Source of the DNA: an uncultured Eubacteriales bacterium
GTDB taxonomy: Bacteria; Bacillota_I; Bacilli_A; RFN20; CAG-288
Assembly (NCBI GenBank): GCA_900316035.1
Contig: ONBI01000007.1
Location: 988 to 64,987, forward strand
Length of the DNA: 64,000 nt
Direction: 5' to 3'
The notes below the pieces were generated by a model, which saw nothing but the letters and a program-made list of their open reading frames with translations, was not told where the DNA came from and made no database searches. The stretch's first letter is position 1; the number at the start of each line of letters is the position of its first letter. Shown here one piece after another: positions 18,258-28,748 of this stretch. A program made the position numbers and the translations under genes.

Positions 18258-19796
18258 ATGGGAAAAGAAGCAGCAGCTGTCGAAGCGCCGAAAGTTCATC
18301 CTAACGGCATGATCTTAGAAGTTGACGAGTCGCCGAAGAAAGCAGGTCAGTGGGTCATTCTCGCTATCCAGCACGTCTTAGCGATGTTTGTCGCCTGCAT
18401 CACCGTTCCTCTCATCGTCTTCAGTCAATACAATGTCACCATCAACGGCGTTACGCAGTCCTTAGCCGCCGTCATGATTGCTCCGACCCTCTTCTCGGCA
18501 GGTATCGGTACTCTGTTCTATCTCTTTGTCACGAAGTTCAAGTCGCCGATGTTCTTAGCTTCCTCCTTCGCTTATATGGGTGCGATGAGCGAAGCTATTG
18601 CTATCGATGTCAACAACGGAAGCGTTCCGAATCTCTGGATTCTTCCGGTCGGTATGGCGATGGTCGGTGCGGTCTATTGCATCGTTGCTCTCTTCATCCG
18701 TATCTTCGGTGTTGAATGGCTCAACAAGTTATTACCTCCGATTGTCATCGGTCCGGTCATCATGGTCATCGGTCTGTCCTTAGCAGGATCGGCTATCTCC
18801 AACTTAACCACCAACGCCAACACCGGAAGTTATAACTTAGTTGCGATTCTCTGCGGTCTTATCGCTATGGCGGTCACCGCTATCTGCGCTCACTATGGAA
18901 AGAAGACTATCGCACTGATTCCGTTCGTCTTAGGTATGGGTGCCGGTTATGTTGCGGCTGTCATCTTCACCCTCATCGGTTACTATGGCTGCCACAGCGA
19001 TTATTGGCATATTGTCAACTTCGATTCGTTAACCAACTTATTCGTTCGTGACGGTGTTGCTCATATTACGGTTCAGTCCTTCTTAGACTATCCGAAGTTC
19101 CTCTTCTTAGTAGCTGCAGAAGGCGGCTCCGTCGGACTTACCGGTACTGCGGTCGGTCAGGCTGCCTTGATCTTCATCCCGGTTTCCTTAGTCACCATCT
19201 GCGAACATATCGGCGATCATAAGAATATGTCGAACATCCTCCAGAGAGATCTCTTAGAGAATCCGGGTCTCACCCGCACTCTTATCGGTGATGGTGTTGC
19301 TACTGCAATCTCCGGTATCTTCTGCGGTGCTGCCAATACGACTTATGGTGAAAACGTCGCGGTTGTCGGTGTTACGAAGATCGCTTCTACCAAGGTTATC
19401 GCCTTAGCCTGCGTCTTCTCGATTCTCTTAGGTTTCTTCAGCCCTGTCATGGGTCTTGTCCAGACGATTCCGGGCTGTGTCACCGGCGGTGTCTCCCTCC
19501 TCTTATACGGCTTCATCGCTGCTTCCGGTGTCAAGATGCTTATCAGCGAGCATATTGATATGGGTAAGACGAAGAACATCTTCGTCGCTTCCGTCATCCT
19601 CGTTGCCGGTATCGGTGGCTTAGCTCTCACCTTCGGAACCGGCGAAGTCAAGTTCACTATCACTTCCACTGCTTTCTCGATGATCTTAGGTATCCTGATG
19701 AACCTCCTTCTCAAGGAGAAGAATCCGGATCCGAACGAATATCAGAAAGAAGATATGGCGAATCTCTCTTCGAAGAACGAAGAAGATAAGAAGTAA
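18258..19796 (+). CDS. NCS2-family nucleobase permease (uracil/xanthine permease type)
   Basis: 512-aa polytopic protein with NCS2 signature regions (QHVLAMF, ICEHIGD..., TYGENVAVVGVTK). Confidence 0.8.
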   Translation: MGKEAAAVEAPKVHPNGMILEVDESPKKAGQWVILAIQHVLAMFVACITVPLIVFSQYNVTINGVTQSLAAVMIAPTLFSAGIGTLFYLFVTKFKSPMFLASSFAYMGAMSEAIAIDVNNGSVPNLWILPVGMAMVGAVYCIVALFIRIFGVEWLNKLLPPIVIGPVIMVIGLSLAGSAISNLTTNANTGSYNLVAILCGLIAMAVTAICAHYGKKTIALIPFVLGMGAGYVAAVIFTLIGYYGCHSDYWHIVNFDSLTNLFVRDGVAHITVQSFLDYPKFLFLVAAEGGSVGLTGTAVGQAALIFIPVSLVTICEHIGDHKNMSNILQRDLLENPGLTRTLIGDGVATAISGIFCGAANTTYGENVAVVGVTKIASTKVIALACVFSILLGFFSPVMGLVQTIPGCVTGGVSLLLYGFIAASGVKMLISEHIDMGKTKNIFVASVILVAGIGGLALTFGTGEVKFTITSTAFSMILGILMNLLLKEKNPDPNEYQKEDMANLSSKNEEDKK

Positions 19797-19936
19797 TAAG
19801 GAATAAGAGTACAGAGAGGTTCTTTCTCCTATGAAAAAGGGAGAAGGAACCTCTTTTCGTTTTCCTCTCTCTCGTTTCTTTCTTTTCAGCTATCGCTTAT
19901 AATTTAGAACTAGAAAACAACTGCGAGGAACAAGGA

Positions 19937-21799
19937 ATGGATAACAACAGCAACAAGCAGGTTCTCTTTCGACCGAGTGAGCTATATGAAAATCAGCTTC
20001 GACAACAATATCACGATTGTGCCGAGCAGTATTTTGATAAATTGGGGAAAGATGCCAACATCAATGTCGCCGCCAATAAGCTTCAGAACGATAAGATCCG
20101 CAAGATTCAGGCGGATTTGGAAGCAGAGCAGAAAAAAGGAAAGAAGACAAAATCAGCTGGCTCCTTTCAGGTTTTCCTCGGCGTTATTCTTCTCATTTTT
20201 TCTGTGTTTCTCTTTTTACTATCGCTCATTCTCAACAAAGAAGACACGACCGCTTTCGCTCTTATCCTAACTCTAGCCATCGTCTTTTTAGCAGGCGGAA
20301 TTGCCTTACTCATTTATCGTGGTACAGCTAACAAGAAGAAAGCAAAAGCTTTAGAGGAAAGCGAAGCCGATGCTCAGAAGAGATGGAATGAGGAAGTAAG
20401 AATCGCACAGAATCAATTAGCTTCTCTCAATGCCTCCTTCGACTGGAATATGCCGGCCAGAGTCATGGAGAAGACGACTCCTATCATCGACCTGGATCCT
20501 TATTTCTCGATGGAGAGACTCACTTATCTCGCGGAGAAATTCGGTGTCGGAGAAGTCACCGATGAAAACTATTCGGTGCTCAATGTTCTTTCCGGTAATA
20601 TCCAAGGGAATCCTTTCCTAGTGGAAAAGCTTCTCAGCCACCGCTTTGCCCCTAAGACCTATGTCGGACATCGCATCATCACCTGGACAACCACTTACAC
20701 GGATTCGAAAGGTCATATGCATGTCAACCATCATTCTCAGACGTTGACTGCTTATTCTACCCACAATGCTCCTTTCTATTCCGATAAGACTCTTCTCATC
20801 TATGGAAACGAAGCTGCTCCGCATCTTTCTTTCACGCATGAAATCAGCGATGCCAATAAGCTGAAAGACGAAAAAGAGATTGAAAAATACGTTGAAAAGA
20901 AGAGTAAAGAGATCCAGAAGATGGCCGATGATGCTCTCCAGGAAGGAAGAAGCTTCACCCCGATGGGAAACGAGAAGTTCGACTGCTTCTTCGGCGCCTT
21001 TGATCGTGACAACGAAGTCGAGTTCCGTCTTCTGTTCACCCCGCTTGCCCAGAACAACATGCTTGATCTGATGTTCTCGAAACCTTTCGGAGACGATTTT
21101 GTTTTCCGCAAAGATAAGATGGTCAACATCATCTATTCCGAACACTCACAGAAATTCGATTACGATGCCGATCCTACCCGCTTCGAATGTTATGACTTCG
21201 AAGAAGGAAGAAAACGTTTTGTCGATTATTGTGACGCCTTTATCGCTAACCTCTTCTTCGATCTTGCTCCTCTTCTTTCGATTCCTCTTTATCAGATGTA
21301 TAAACCGCACGAAGAAATCTATAAGGAATCCTTACCTCATAATTACACTTCCTTCGAAGCCGAAAGTATGGCAAATAGACTTCCCCGTTCATGCTTCTTA
21401 CCGCAAGGGGCCGATAGTTCCTTACCGGTCATGGAGAAATTCCGTTCGGCAAAGACCTGTGCTAAGACCGATAAAGATGAAATCTTCTCTTATTCTTATG
21501 CGACGATTCAGAGAGTCGATCACATAAGTGTAAGAGGCGGAGATGGCTATTATCACGATGTACCAGTCCCGTGGATTGAATATATCCGTAGGGAAAGAAT
21601 CACTCCGATGGAGCTCAAGGATATCGGCTCGAACCGTGAGAAAGTCAATGAGGCGATGGCTCATAGCGAACGTTTCAACACGATTGCCAGAGGCAAAGTC
21701 GCCGGATATGCGAAAGGCCTTCTCGCTTTAGTCGGCGGAGATCTTCCTTTTGAAGAAAAAGACGATAAGACCTTAGACGATATCTTCTCTTCCCTCTGA
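19937..21799 (+). CDS. membrane-anchored protein of unknown function (2 TM helices + ~430-aa cytoplasmic domain)
   Basis: 620-aa ORF with an N-terminal coiled/charged region, two TM segments (FQVFLGVILLIFSVFLFLLSLIL; FALILTLAIVFLAGGIALLIY) and a large soluble domain with no motif I recognise. Confidence 0.5.
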   Translation: MDNNSNKQVLFRPSELYENQLRQQYHDCAEQYFDKLGKDANINVAANKLQNDKIRKIQADLEAEQKKGKKTKSAGSFQVFLGVILLIFSVFLFLLSLILNKEDTTAFALILTLAIVFLAGGIALLIYRGTANKKKAKALEESEADAQKRWNEEVRIAQNQLASLNASFDWNMPARVMEKTTPIIDLDPYFSMERLTYLAEKFGVGEVTDENYSVLNVLSGNIQGNPFLVEKLLSHRFAPKTYVGHRIITWTTTYTDSKGHMHVNHHSQTLTAYSTHNAPFYSDKTLLIYGNEAAPHLSFTHEISDANKLKDEKEIEKYVEKKSKEIQKMADDALQEGRSFTPMGNEKFDCFFGAFDRDNEVEFRLLFTPLAQNNMLDLMFSKPFGDDFVFRKDKMVNIIYSEHSQKFDYDADPTRFECYDFEEGRKRFVDYCDAFIANLFFDLAPLLSIPLYQMYKPHEEIYKESLPHNYTSFEAESMANRLPRSCFLPQGADSSLPVMEKFRSAKTCAKTDKDEIFSYSYATIQRVDHISVRGGDGYYHDVPVPWIEYIRRERITPMELKDIGSNREKVNEAMAHSERFNTIARGKVAGYAKGLLALVGGDLPFEEKDDKTLDDIFSSL

Positions 21800-21838
21800 T
21801 TCTTTCCTTCCAATCTCCGTTTCCTATGGTATAATTTA

Positions 21839-21926
21839 GCCACCATCGCGACAGTTCTCGTCGAACCTGGTCAGGACCGGAAGGTAGCAGCCATAAGATT
21901 GAGTTTCTGTGTGCGGTGGCTTTTTT
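21839..21926 (+). ncRNA. ffs: signal recognition particle RNA, small (4.5S-type) form
   Basis: Extended -10 TGgTATAAT at 21827-21835. Terminal helix GCCACC…GGTGGC. Conserved domain-IV motif GGTCAGGACCGGAAGGTAGCAGCC. Ends in a T6 run. Confidence 0.85.
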
Positions 21927-21937
21927 AATCATTAGAT

Positions 21938-22390
21938 ATGACCAAAGAAGAACTGAACCATATACTTACAAGGATGCTTCAAGAAGGAGACAAAGCCAAA
22001 GAAGAAGGCGAAGTCCCGGTTTCCGTTGCTTTAGTATTACCGCATCAAAAAGTCATCTATACCCGCAATCGAGTAGAAGAAAACAACGATCCTTTTGCCC
22101 ATGCCGAAATTCAGGCATTGCAGAAAGGATTCCAAGTTACCGGTTCCCGTTATCTCAAAGGCGGTATTCTGATTGTCTCCTTAGAACCTTGTCTTATGTG
22201 CATGGGAGCCATATTAAAAGCCGGTATCAAAACCCTTATTTATGTTCTTCCGGATCCTAAACTTGGTTCGCTGAGTTATTACCATGTTTTCGTAGGTAAT
22301 AAATGCGAAGTAGTGGAAATAGAAGATTCCCGTTTCCAGTCCCAACTGGATTCTTTCTTCCTCTCGCTTCGTACCAAAGAGGAGAAATAA
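21938..22390 (+). CDS. tadA: tRNA-specific adenosine deaminase
   Basis: CDA-fold zinc motifs HAE and PCxxC (FAHAEIQAL…SLEPCLMCMGAI). 150 aa. Confidence 0.75.
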   Translation: MTKEELNHILTRMLQEGDKAKEEGEVPVSVALVLPHQKVIYTRNRVEENNDPFAHAEIQALQKGFQVTGSRYLKGGILIVSLEPCLMCMGAILKAGIKTLIYVLPDPKLGSLSYYHVFVGNKCEVVEIEDSRFQSQLDSFFLSLRTKEEK

Positions 22391-22523
22391 AAGTTCTCCT
22401 GTGCTACAATACCTAGGCAAAATTATGAAAAACCAAAGAGGTTTCCGTTTTCTCTAGCAGACGTAAGTTGGTGTGAAGACGTTTTTTGGATGAAAGAAAA
22501 AGAATAAAGGAGAAAACGAAATA

Positions 22524-23639
22524 ATGGCAGTTGATTACATGAGAGAACGCCTCAAGGCGATGAAGCAGAGATTAAGCGATATCGATAAGATCCTGAGTGA
22601 AGGGAATAGCGATGTTGCGACAATGACAAAGCTCTCAAAGGAAAGAGCTACTTTGGAAGAACCGGTTGAAATGTTCAACCAGCTCTTACAGGCTGAATCC
22701 AATTCCGCCGAAGCTCTCGAAATGATGAAGGATAGTGATCCCGATATGCAGGCTTTAGCAAAGGAAGAGTATAACGAAGCCACCAAGACCATTGAAAAGC
22801 TCAACGAAGATCTTAAAGTTGCTTTGCTCCCTAAGGACCCCAACGATGATAAAAACATCATCATGGAAATCCGCGGTGCAGCCGGTGGTGATGAAGCGAA
22901 CATCTTCGCTGGTGACTTATTCCGTATGTATTCCCATTACGCGGATAAGAACAATTGGAAGATTCAGATTCTCGATTCGCAGCCTACTCCGTTAGGCGGT
23001 TATTCGTTGATTTCTTTCCGTATCAAAGGAAAGCGTGTCTATTCGAAACTGAAGTTCGAATCCGGCGCGCACCGTGTTCAGAGAGTCCCGGTCACCGAAG
23101 CAAACGGACGTATTCAAACTTCGACCGCTACCGTTCTGGTTATGCCGGAACTGGAGCACGTCGATGTTCAGATCAATCCGGCCGATTTACAGATCGATAC
23201 TTATCATTCTTCCGGTGCTGGTGGACAGAACGTCAACAAGACAGAGTCTGCAGTCCGTATCACCCATATTCCGACGGGAATTGTCGTCTCCTGTCAGATT
23301 GAGCGTGATCAGCTCGCAAACAAGGAAACCTGTATGTTGATGCTGAAAGCCAAACTTCAGGCAAAACACGATGCTGAAATCGAAGAGAAGGTCGGCGGTG
23401 AAAGAAGACTGAAGATCGGTACGGGTGAAAGAAGCGAGCGCATCCGCACTTATAACTATCCGCAGAACCGCGTCACCGATCATCGTATCGGTTGGACAAG
23501 CCTCAATCTTCCTCGCATCATGGATGGTGACTTAGATGAATTGGTCACCGCTTTAAACGAAGCTAACCAGAAAGATCTGCTCGAAGAAGAGACGAAACAG
23601 CTTCAGGCGCAGTTTGCCTCCGAAGCCGATAAGAAGTAA
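22524..23639 (+). CDS. prfA: peptide chain release factor 1
   Basis: RF1 with PxT-type decoding region and the GGQ motif (HSSGAGGQNVNKTESAVRITHIPTGIVV). Confidence 0.9.
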   Translation: MAVDYMRERLKAMKQRLSDIDKILSEGNSDVATMTKLSKERATLEEPVEMFNQLLQAESNSAEALEMMKDSDPDMQALAKEEYNEATKTIEKLNEDLKVALLPKDPNDDKNIIMEIRGAAGGDEANIFAGDLFRMYSHYADKNNWKIQILDSQPTPLGGYSLISFRIKGKRVYSKLKFESGAHRVQRVPVTEANGRIQTSTATVLVMPELEHVDVQINPADLQIDTYHSSGAGGQNVNKTESAVRITHIPTGIVVSCQIERDQLANKETCMLMLKAKLQAKHDAEIEEKVGGERRLKIGTGERSERIRTYNYPQNRVTDHRIGWTSLNLPRIMDGDLDELVTALNEANQKDLLEEETKQLQAQFASEADKK

Positions 23640-24431
23640 ATGAAAGTCAAAGACGTCTATCATCAGTTGCTTTCTTTTCTGCCGTTAGCCGATGTCCGAA
23701 CCGTTTTCGATGGCTATTTTGGTGTGCCTTTCGATTCCTGGATTCTCCAGGATAATGAAGAAATCGAGGATAAAAAGGTAGCTTTTGCCATGGAAAAACT
23801 CAAAGCTGGATATCCTGCCAATTACTTAGCGGGATACATCGATATCGCGGGACTTCATCTCTTTCTGAACGAAGATACTCTGATACCAAGAACCGAAACC
23901 GAGGATTTCCTTCTGAATCTTTTACCTTCTCTCTATAATCCTTCCCATAAGAAGGTTTTGGATTTATGCACCGGTTCCGGATTCATCGCTTTGACCGTAA
24001 AGAAGATGTTTCCGACCGCTGAGGTAATAGGTTCCGATATCTCAAAATCGGCTTTGAAAAAAGCGGAAGAATCCGCTTCCTTCAATCACCTGGATGTCAC
24101 TTTTCTACAATCCGATTATTTAGAAAATATACAAGATACCTTCGATCTGATTCTATCCAATCCACCTTATATTGAAGAAGGAAGCAAAGAGGTGGATGCT
24201 CCTTTTGAGCCTCCGCTTGCCCTTTATAGTGGAAGGGATGGATTAGATAGTTACCGTAAGATTTTTGCTTCCTTAAAGAGCCATCTAAAAGAAGGTGGAG
24301 TCAGTTATTTTGAACTGGAATCCACAAACAGCTTAAAGACAAAAGAATTAGCCGAAAAGATGCTTCCGGATAAGGAATGCCGTATTCTGAAAGACTTATA
24401 CGGAAGAGATCGTTATCTCGGAATAAAGTAA
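23640..24431 (+). CDS. prmC: release factor glutamine N5-methyltransferase
   Basis: Immediately follows prfA. SAM-MTase with NPPY (ILSNPPYI). Confidence 0.85.
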   Translation: MKVKDVYHQLLSFLPLADVRTVFDGYFGVPFDSWILQDNEEIEDKKVAFAMEKLKAGYPANYLAGYIDIAGLHLFLNEDTLIPRTETEDFLLNLLPSLYNPSHKKVLDLCTGSGFIALTVKKMFPTAEVIGSDISKSALKKAEESASFNHLDVTFLQSDYLENIQDTFDLILSNPPYIEEGSKEVDAPFEPPLALYSGRDGLDSYRKIFASLKSHLKEGGVSYFELESTNSLKTKELAEKMLPDKECRILKDLYGRDRYLGIK

Positions 24432-24433
24432 CT

Positions 24434-25447
24434 TCAATTCGGCTTTGCACCGGTCCAGGTTCTTCCTTCGACAATCAAAGTGAGAATCAAAGAGAGGAAA
24501 ACCGCAATCAGAGAAAGCAGGAAAGGCAGGATCGTAAACGAAGCATTTCCGCAGCTGATCAAGGCGAAGAGAGAATAGAGAAGTCCGTGGTAGTAATACA
24601 TATATTTGAAGTCTCTTGGATAGAAGATGGAACAGAGCCCTGTGATAAGAATAACAAAGAGACCATCAAAAGAAATGATGGATAACTGATTGTTGAAGAA
24701 GGTTCCGTTAGCCATTGTAATAATTACGCAAATCAGAAAGCAGATGACAGAGATACCCATAGAAGCAATTCTTACGATACGGGAGAATTTGATATTCTTC
24801 CAATCTTCAGGTACTTTACCACCTGTCTCTTCTTCCATCTTGTCGATATCCTTCTTGATTTCGCTGTTGCTCTCTACACCGCCAAGAAAATCATAGACGC
24901 TATCGTTATGGGTGTTTTCCTGTTGGAAAGCACGGGTTTTTCTTTTATAGCGGAAGAAGAAAAAGAGGTTAGCGGCAAACCCTAGAATGCAGTAAATAGA
25001 TTCGCTGATGATGACACCGTTTACCGAAAGAGGCATCGGAGTAGAACCGGGAACAAAGTGACTATTCGCAGAGAGAATGACAAACAGACATTCCAAGAAG
25101 AAAAACCAAGTGGTTCTTAAAGGACGATAAAGAGTGAATACACCAGCCCCTAAAACGACCGCCAAGACAAAGACACAGGGCATCGTAGTATCAAAAGCAT
25201 TGTTACCATCGTTCACATAAAAGAGGACATAGGAAGGAAGCAACAGGAAAAGCGCCATAGCCAAGAAGACGAAGATACGATTGAAGACATCGATGCGGGA
25301 GAAAAAGGTGATCAGGGACTGTGGTTTTTTCATACCAAGATTATACGTTACTTGTTCCAAAGATAAAGTGCGAAGAAGGAAAACCTCATCACCATGTAGG
25401 AGCTCCTTCTTGGTATAATAGGGAGTAGAAAAAGAAAGAGAAAACAA
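24434..25447 (-). CDS. polytopic membrane protein, unknown function
   Basis: 337-aa hydrophobic ORF with coding-like composition. Confidence 0.45.
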   Translation of the reverse strand: MFSLSFSTPYYTKKELLHGDEVFLLRTLSLEQVTYNLGMKKPQSLITFFSRIDVFNRIFVFLAMALFLLLPSYVLFYVNDGNNAFDTTMPCVFVLAVVLGAGVFTLYRPLRTTWFFFLECLFVILSANSHFVPGSTPMPLSVNGVIISESIYCILGFAANLFFFFRYKRKTRAFQQENTHNDSVYDFLGGVESNSEIKKDIDKMEEETGGKVPEDWKNIKFSRIVRIASMGISVICFLICVIITMANGTFFNNQLSIISFDGLFVILITGLCSIFYPRDFKYMYYYHGLLYSLFALISCGNASFTILPFLLSLIAVFLSLILTLIVEGRTWTGAKPN

Positions 25448-25451
25448 ACCG

Positions 25452-27122
25452 ATGGCATACCAGGCTTTTTACAACAAATACCGCCCTCAGACCTTCGATG
25501 AAGTCGTCGGTCAGAAGGCGATTGTCACAACCTTGAAAAACGCGATAGCGGAGGACAAAATCGCTCACGCTTATCTTTTCTGCGGTCCGAGAGGGACCGG
25601 TAAAACCACGATGGCCCGTCTTTTTGCGAAAGCTCTCAACTGCAAAGAAGGCTTAGGCCATCAGTGCAACAAGTGCGATTCCTGTATCGGTATCATGAAA
25701 GGCGAACAGCCGGATGTCTTTGAAATCGATGCAGCTTCTAACTCCACCGTCGACTCGGTCCGTCAGCTGATTGATAACGTTTCCTATCAGCCGGTCATGT
25801 CCCGTTATAAAGTCTATATCATCGACGAGGTCCACAATATGTCTAACTCCGCTTTCAACGCTCTCTTAAAGACGTTAGAGGAACCACCGTCCTTTGTTGT
25901 CTTCATCTTAGCTACTACCGAACCCCAGAAGATTCTTCCTACGATTCTTTCCCGTGTACAGCGCTTTGATTTCTCTAAAGTCTCTCAGGACGATCTTGTC
26001 ACCAACATGGAAAGAGTTCTGGATAACGAACATATCACCTACGAAAAAGAAGCTTTAAGAATCATCGCGGAATTAGCCGATGGCGGTGTCCGTGATTCGC
26101 TTTCTTTACTCGATAAACTCGTCTCCTACTCTGGTGAGAACCTCACCGTAGAAGATGTCAACCATATGCTCGGCCTTCTCTCCCGCAAAGAAGAGATTTC
26201 CTTAGTCAATGCCATTGCGAGTAAAGATGCCGACAAGGTTCTTCTCGCGGTCCGTGACCAATATAACAAAGGCGCTGATATCCTTCGTCTTCACGATGAT
26301 TTGATCGGTATCTATAAAGATTTCATTCTTTATGCTACTACGAAAGATGCTTCTTTACTCGAAAAGCTCAGTGAAGACCAAGTAAGAGAAATCAATCTTT
26401 CTCTCAACGAAGCCAGAGGTGCTATCGATACTCTGATCCGTGCTAGAAGAGAATACCGTTTCAGCGATGATCTGCTTTCCCATTTCGAGCTCACTCTTAT
26501 CTCTTTGATGTCTCCTTCCATTACAACTGCCGCTCCGGCAGAAAGTTCCATTGTCAAACTGAGTCAAGATAGCAAAGATAATCGTAAGCAGAACGTTCTT
26601 CTTACGAAACCTACCATCGTCAAGGGAAAAGATCAGGAAGGATTTGTATCCTCAGCTTCTACCGAAAAGAAAGATGCGGATGAGACCATTCAATACAGCA
26701 AAGAGGAACTCATCAACATTCTTCTCTACGGAAAGAAAGCGGAGAGACAGGATATTCAGAAAAAGTGGTCTAACCTTGAAAAGTATAACTTCACCGAAGG
26801 AAAATCTTTTGAAGCTAAGGCGATGGAATCCTGTAAGGTGGTAGCCGTTACGGATTCCTGTATCATTCTCACTTCTCCTTATCCGACCGAGATCAATAAG
26901 CTCAATAAGAAAGCAGTGCAGCCGAAGCTGATGTCGATGATGGAAGAATGTTTCGGTAAAGCCTACCATGTCTTACCGATTCTCGATAGCGAATTTGCGG
27001 AAGCTGCTTCTGTTTTCCGCAGCGGTACGTTGCCGGAAAAGAGAGAAATCAAGATTGATTTCGGTGAGGATAATAAAGCCAATGCTTCGACCGATTTCTT
27101 CAATGATCTGATGCAGAAATAA
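25452..27122 (+). CDS. dnaX: DNA polymerase III subunit gamma/tau
   Basis: N-terminus YQAFYNKYRPQTFDEVVGQ, P-loop GPRGTGKTT, zinc module C..C..C and SRVQRF. Confidence 0.9.
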   Translation: MAYQAFYNKYRPQTFDEVVGQKAIVTTLKNAIAEDKIAHAYLFCGPRGTGKTTMARLFAKALNCKEGLGHQCNKCDSCIGIMKGEQPDVFEIDAASNSTVDSVRQLIDNVSYQPVMSRYKVYIIDEVHNMSNSAFNALLKTLEEPPSFVVFILATTEPQKILPTILSRVQRFDFSKVSQDDLVTNMERVLDNEHITYEKEALRIIAELADGGVRDSLSLLDKLVSYSGENLTVEDVNHMLGLLSRKEEISLVNAIASKDADKVLLAVRDQYNKGADILRLHDDLIGIYKDFILYATTKDASLLEKLSEDQVREINLSLNEARGAIDTLIRARREYRFSDDLLSHFELTLISLMSPSITTAAPAESSIVKLSQDSKDNRKQNVLLTKPTIVKGKDQEGFVSSASTEKKDADETIQYSKEELINILLYGKKAERQDIQKKWSNLEKYNFTEGKSFEAKAMESCKVVAVTDSCIILTSPYPTEINKLNKKAVQPKLMSMMEECFGKAYHVLPILDSEFAEAASVFRSGTLPEKREIKIDFGEDNKANASTDFFNDLMQK

Positions 27123-27140
27123 CCAAGGAGGAAACCCCAT

Positions 27141-27488
27141 ATGGATGAAAACGAAAAGAAAGCCGAACAGGAGACGAATCTCTTCCTGTTACAGCAGAAA
27201 GCCAGAGACTATCAGGATAAATTAGTCCAGCTTCAGAACAAGGAATACCAAGGGAAATACCAGGGCGTCTCCATCAAAGAGAAAGGCGATGGTACCGTCT
27301 TAGAAGTCCATATCGATCAGGGCTTCTATGAGACAGCCAGCAAAGGTCAGATTGAAATCGCCATCTTCAAACTGGCGAACAATCTTCATAACGCCATTGT
27401 CAACGACCAGAAGTCGTTGCAGGATGAGCTTCAGATCGATTTGAGCGCCTTCCAGAAAGAGCACCCCTTCGACAATGGAAACAATTAA
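27141..27488 (+). CDS. ybaB: YbaB/EbfC-family nucleoid-associated protein
   Basis: 115-aa protein in the conserved dnaX-ybaB-recR position with a YbaB-like core. Confidence 0.6.
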   Translation: MDENEKKAEQETNLFLLQQKARDYQDKLVQLQNKEYQGKYQGVSIKEKGDGTVLEVHIDQGFYETASKGQIEIAIFKLANNLHNAIVNDQKSLQDELQIDLSAFQKEHPFDNGNN

Positions 27489-28104
27489 GACGATTCAGGA
27501 TCTCATCGATTCCTATAAGAAACTTCCCGGTATCGGTTATCGCACTGCCGAAAGACTTGCTTATGCAACTCTCGCATTATCTCATGAGGATAAAGTTGCT
27601 TTTGAAAAGGCTTTTGAAGATGCTGATACGAAAGTGAAACGTTGCCCAAACTGTGGAACCTATTTTGATGATGTCTGCCCTATCTGCTCTGACCCGACAA
27701 GAGATAAGACGACTCTCTTGGTGGTTGCCGATAGCAAAGATATTCTTTCGATTGAAAAGACAAACGGATACCACGGCTCCTACTTCACTCTGAAAGGTAC
27801 TCTTTCTCCATTGAAGAACAGAACTCCCGATAGCATCGGTATCCCTGCTCTGAAAGAAAGAGTAGCTAAGGATGGAGTCAAAGAAATCATCGTCGCTCTT
27901 CCGACCGATTTAGACGGAGAGACGACGGCGATGTATCTTGCGAATCTTTATCAGAATACTTCGGTCCATGTCTCGAAGCTTGCTAACGGCATCCCGATGG
28001 GAACGAACTTAGAGTATCTCGATAATATGACGATTACTTCTTCCTTACGAGGAAGAGTGGAACTTACTTCTTCTTCAGCGGAGAAGAAAGAGGAAGAGAA
28101 ATAA
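27475..28104 (+). CDS. recR: recombination protein RecR
   Basis: HhH (LPGIGYRTAERLAY), C4 zinc finger (CPNCGTYFDDVCPIC) and Toprim. Confidence 0.9.
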   Translation: METIKTIQDLIDSYKKLPGIGYRTAERLAYATLALSHEDKVAFEKAFEDADTKVKRCPNCGTYFDDVCPICSDPTRDKTTLLVVADSKDILSIEKTNGYHGSYFTLKGTLSPLKNRTPDSIGIPALKERVAKDGVKEIIVALPTDLDGETTAMYLANLYQNTSVHVSKLANGIPMGTNLEYLDNMTITSSLRGRVELTSSSAEKKEEEK

Positions 28105-28106
28105 TT

Positions 28107-28748
28107 ATGAATGGATTTTTTGTCACTTTCGAAGGCGGGGAAGGATGCGGAAAAACAACGCTGATCCAGTCTCTCCAAAAAGAGCTTGTAAAAAAAGGTA
28201 TTGAACCTTTAGTCACAAGAGAGCCAGGAGGTTCTGTTATCGCAGAAGAGATACGCTCGGTCATCCTCGATAAAGCCAATACCAAGATGGATGCCAGAAC
28301 CGAGGCTCTGCTTTATGCCGCTAGCCGTAGACAGCATCTGGTTGAAGTAGTTATTCCCGCTTTAAAAGAAGGAAGACTTGTTTTATCGGACCGTTATATC
28401 GATTCCTCGCTTGCCTATCAAGGTTATGCCCGTGGTATCGGTATTGATGAAATCTATTCGATCAATTCTTTTGCGGTGGATTCGACAATGCCGGATCTTA
28501 CTTTCTTCCTCGATCTCAAGCCGGAAGAAGGACTTAAAAGAATCGCACTTCACCGTCAGAACGAAGTCAATCGTCTTGATTTAGAGAAGCTTTCTTTCCA
28601 TCAGAAAGTCTATGAAGGATATCAGATTCTTCTGAAACGTTTCCCGGAGCGTATGGTCCGTATCGATGCTTCTCAGACAATCGAAGAAGAGACCAAAGAA
28701 GTCTTAGCCATCCTCGAAAAGAAATGGCAAGCCAAGAACCATGGATAA
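28107..28748 (+). CDS. tmk: thymidylate kinase
   Basis: FVTFEGGEGCGKTT P-loop, DRY motif. Confidence 0.88.
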   Translation: MNGFFVTFEGGEGCGKTTLIQSLQKELVKKGIEPLVTREPGGSVIAEEIRSVILDKANTKMDARTEALLYAASRRQHLVEVVIPALKEGRLVLSDRYIDSSLAYQGYARGIGIDEIYSINSFAVDSTMPDLTFFLDLKPEEGLKRIALHRQNEVNRLDLEKLSFHQKVYEGYQILLKRFPERMVRIDASQTIEEETKEVLAILEKKWQAKNHG

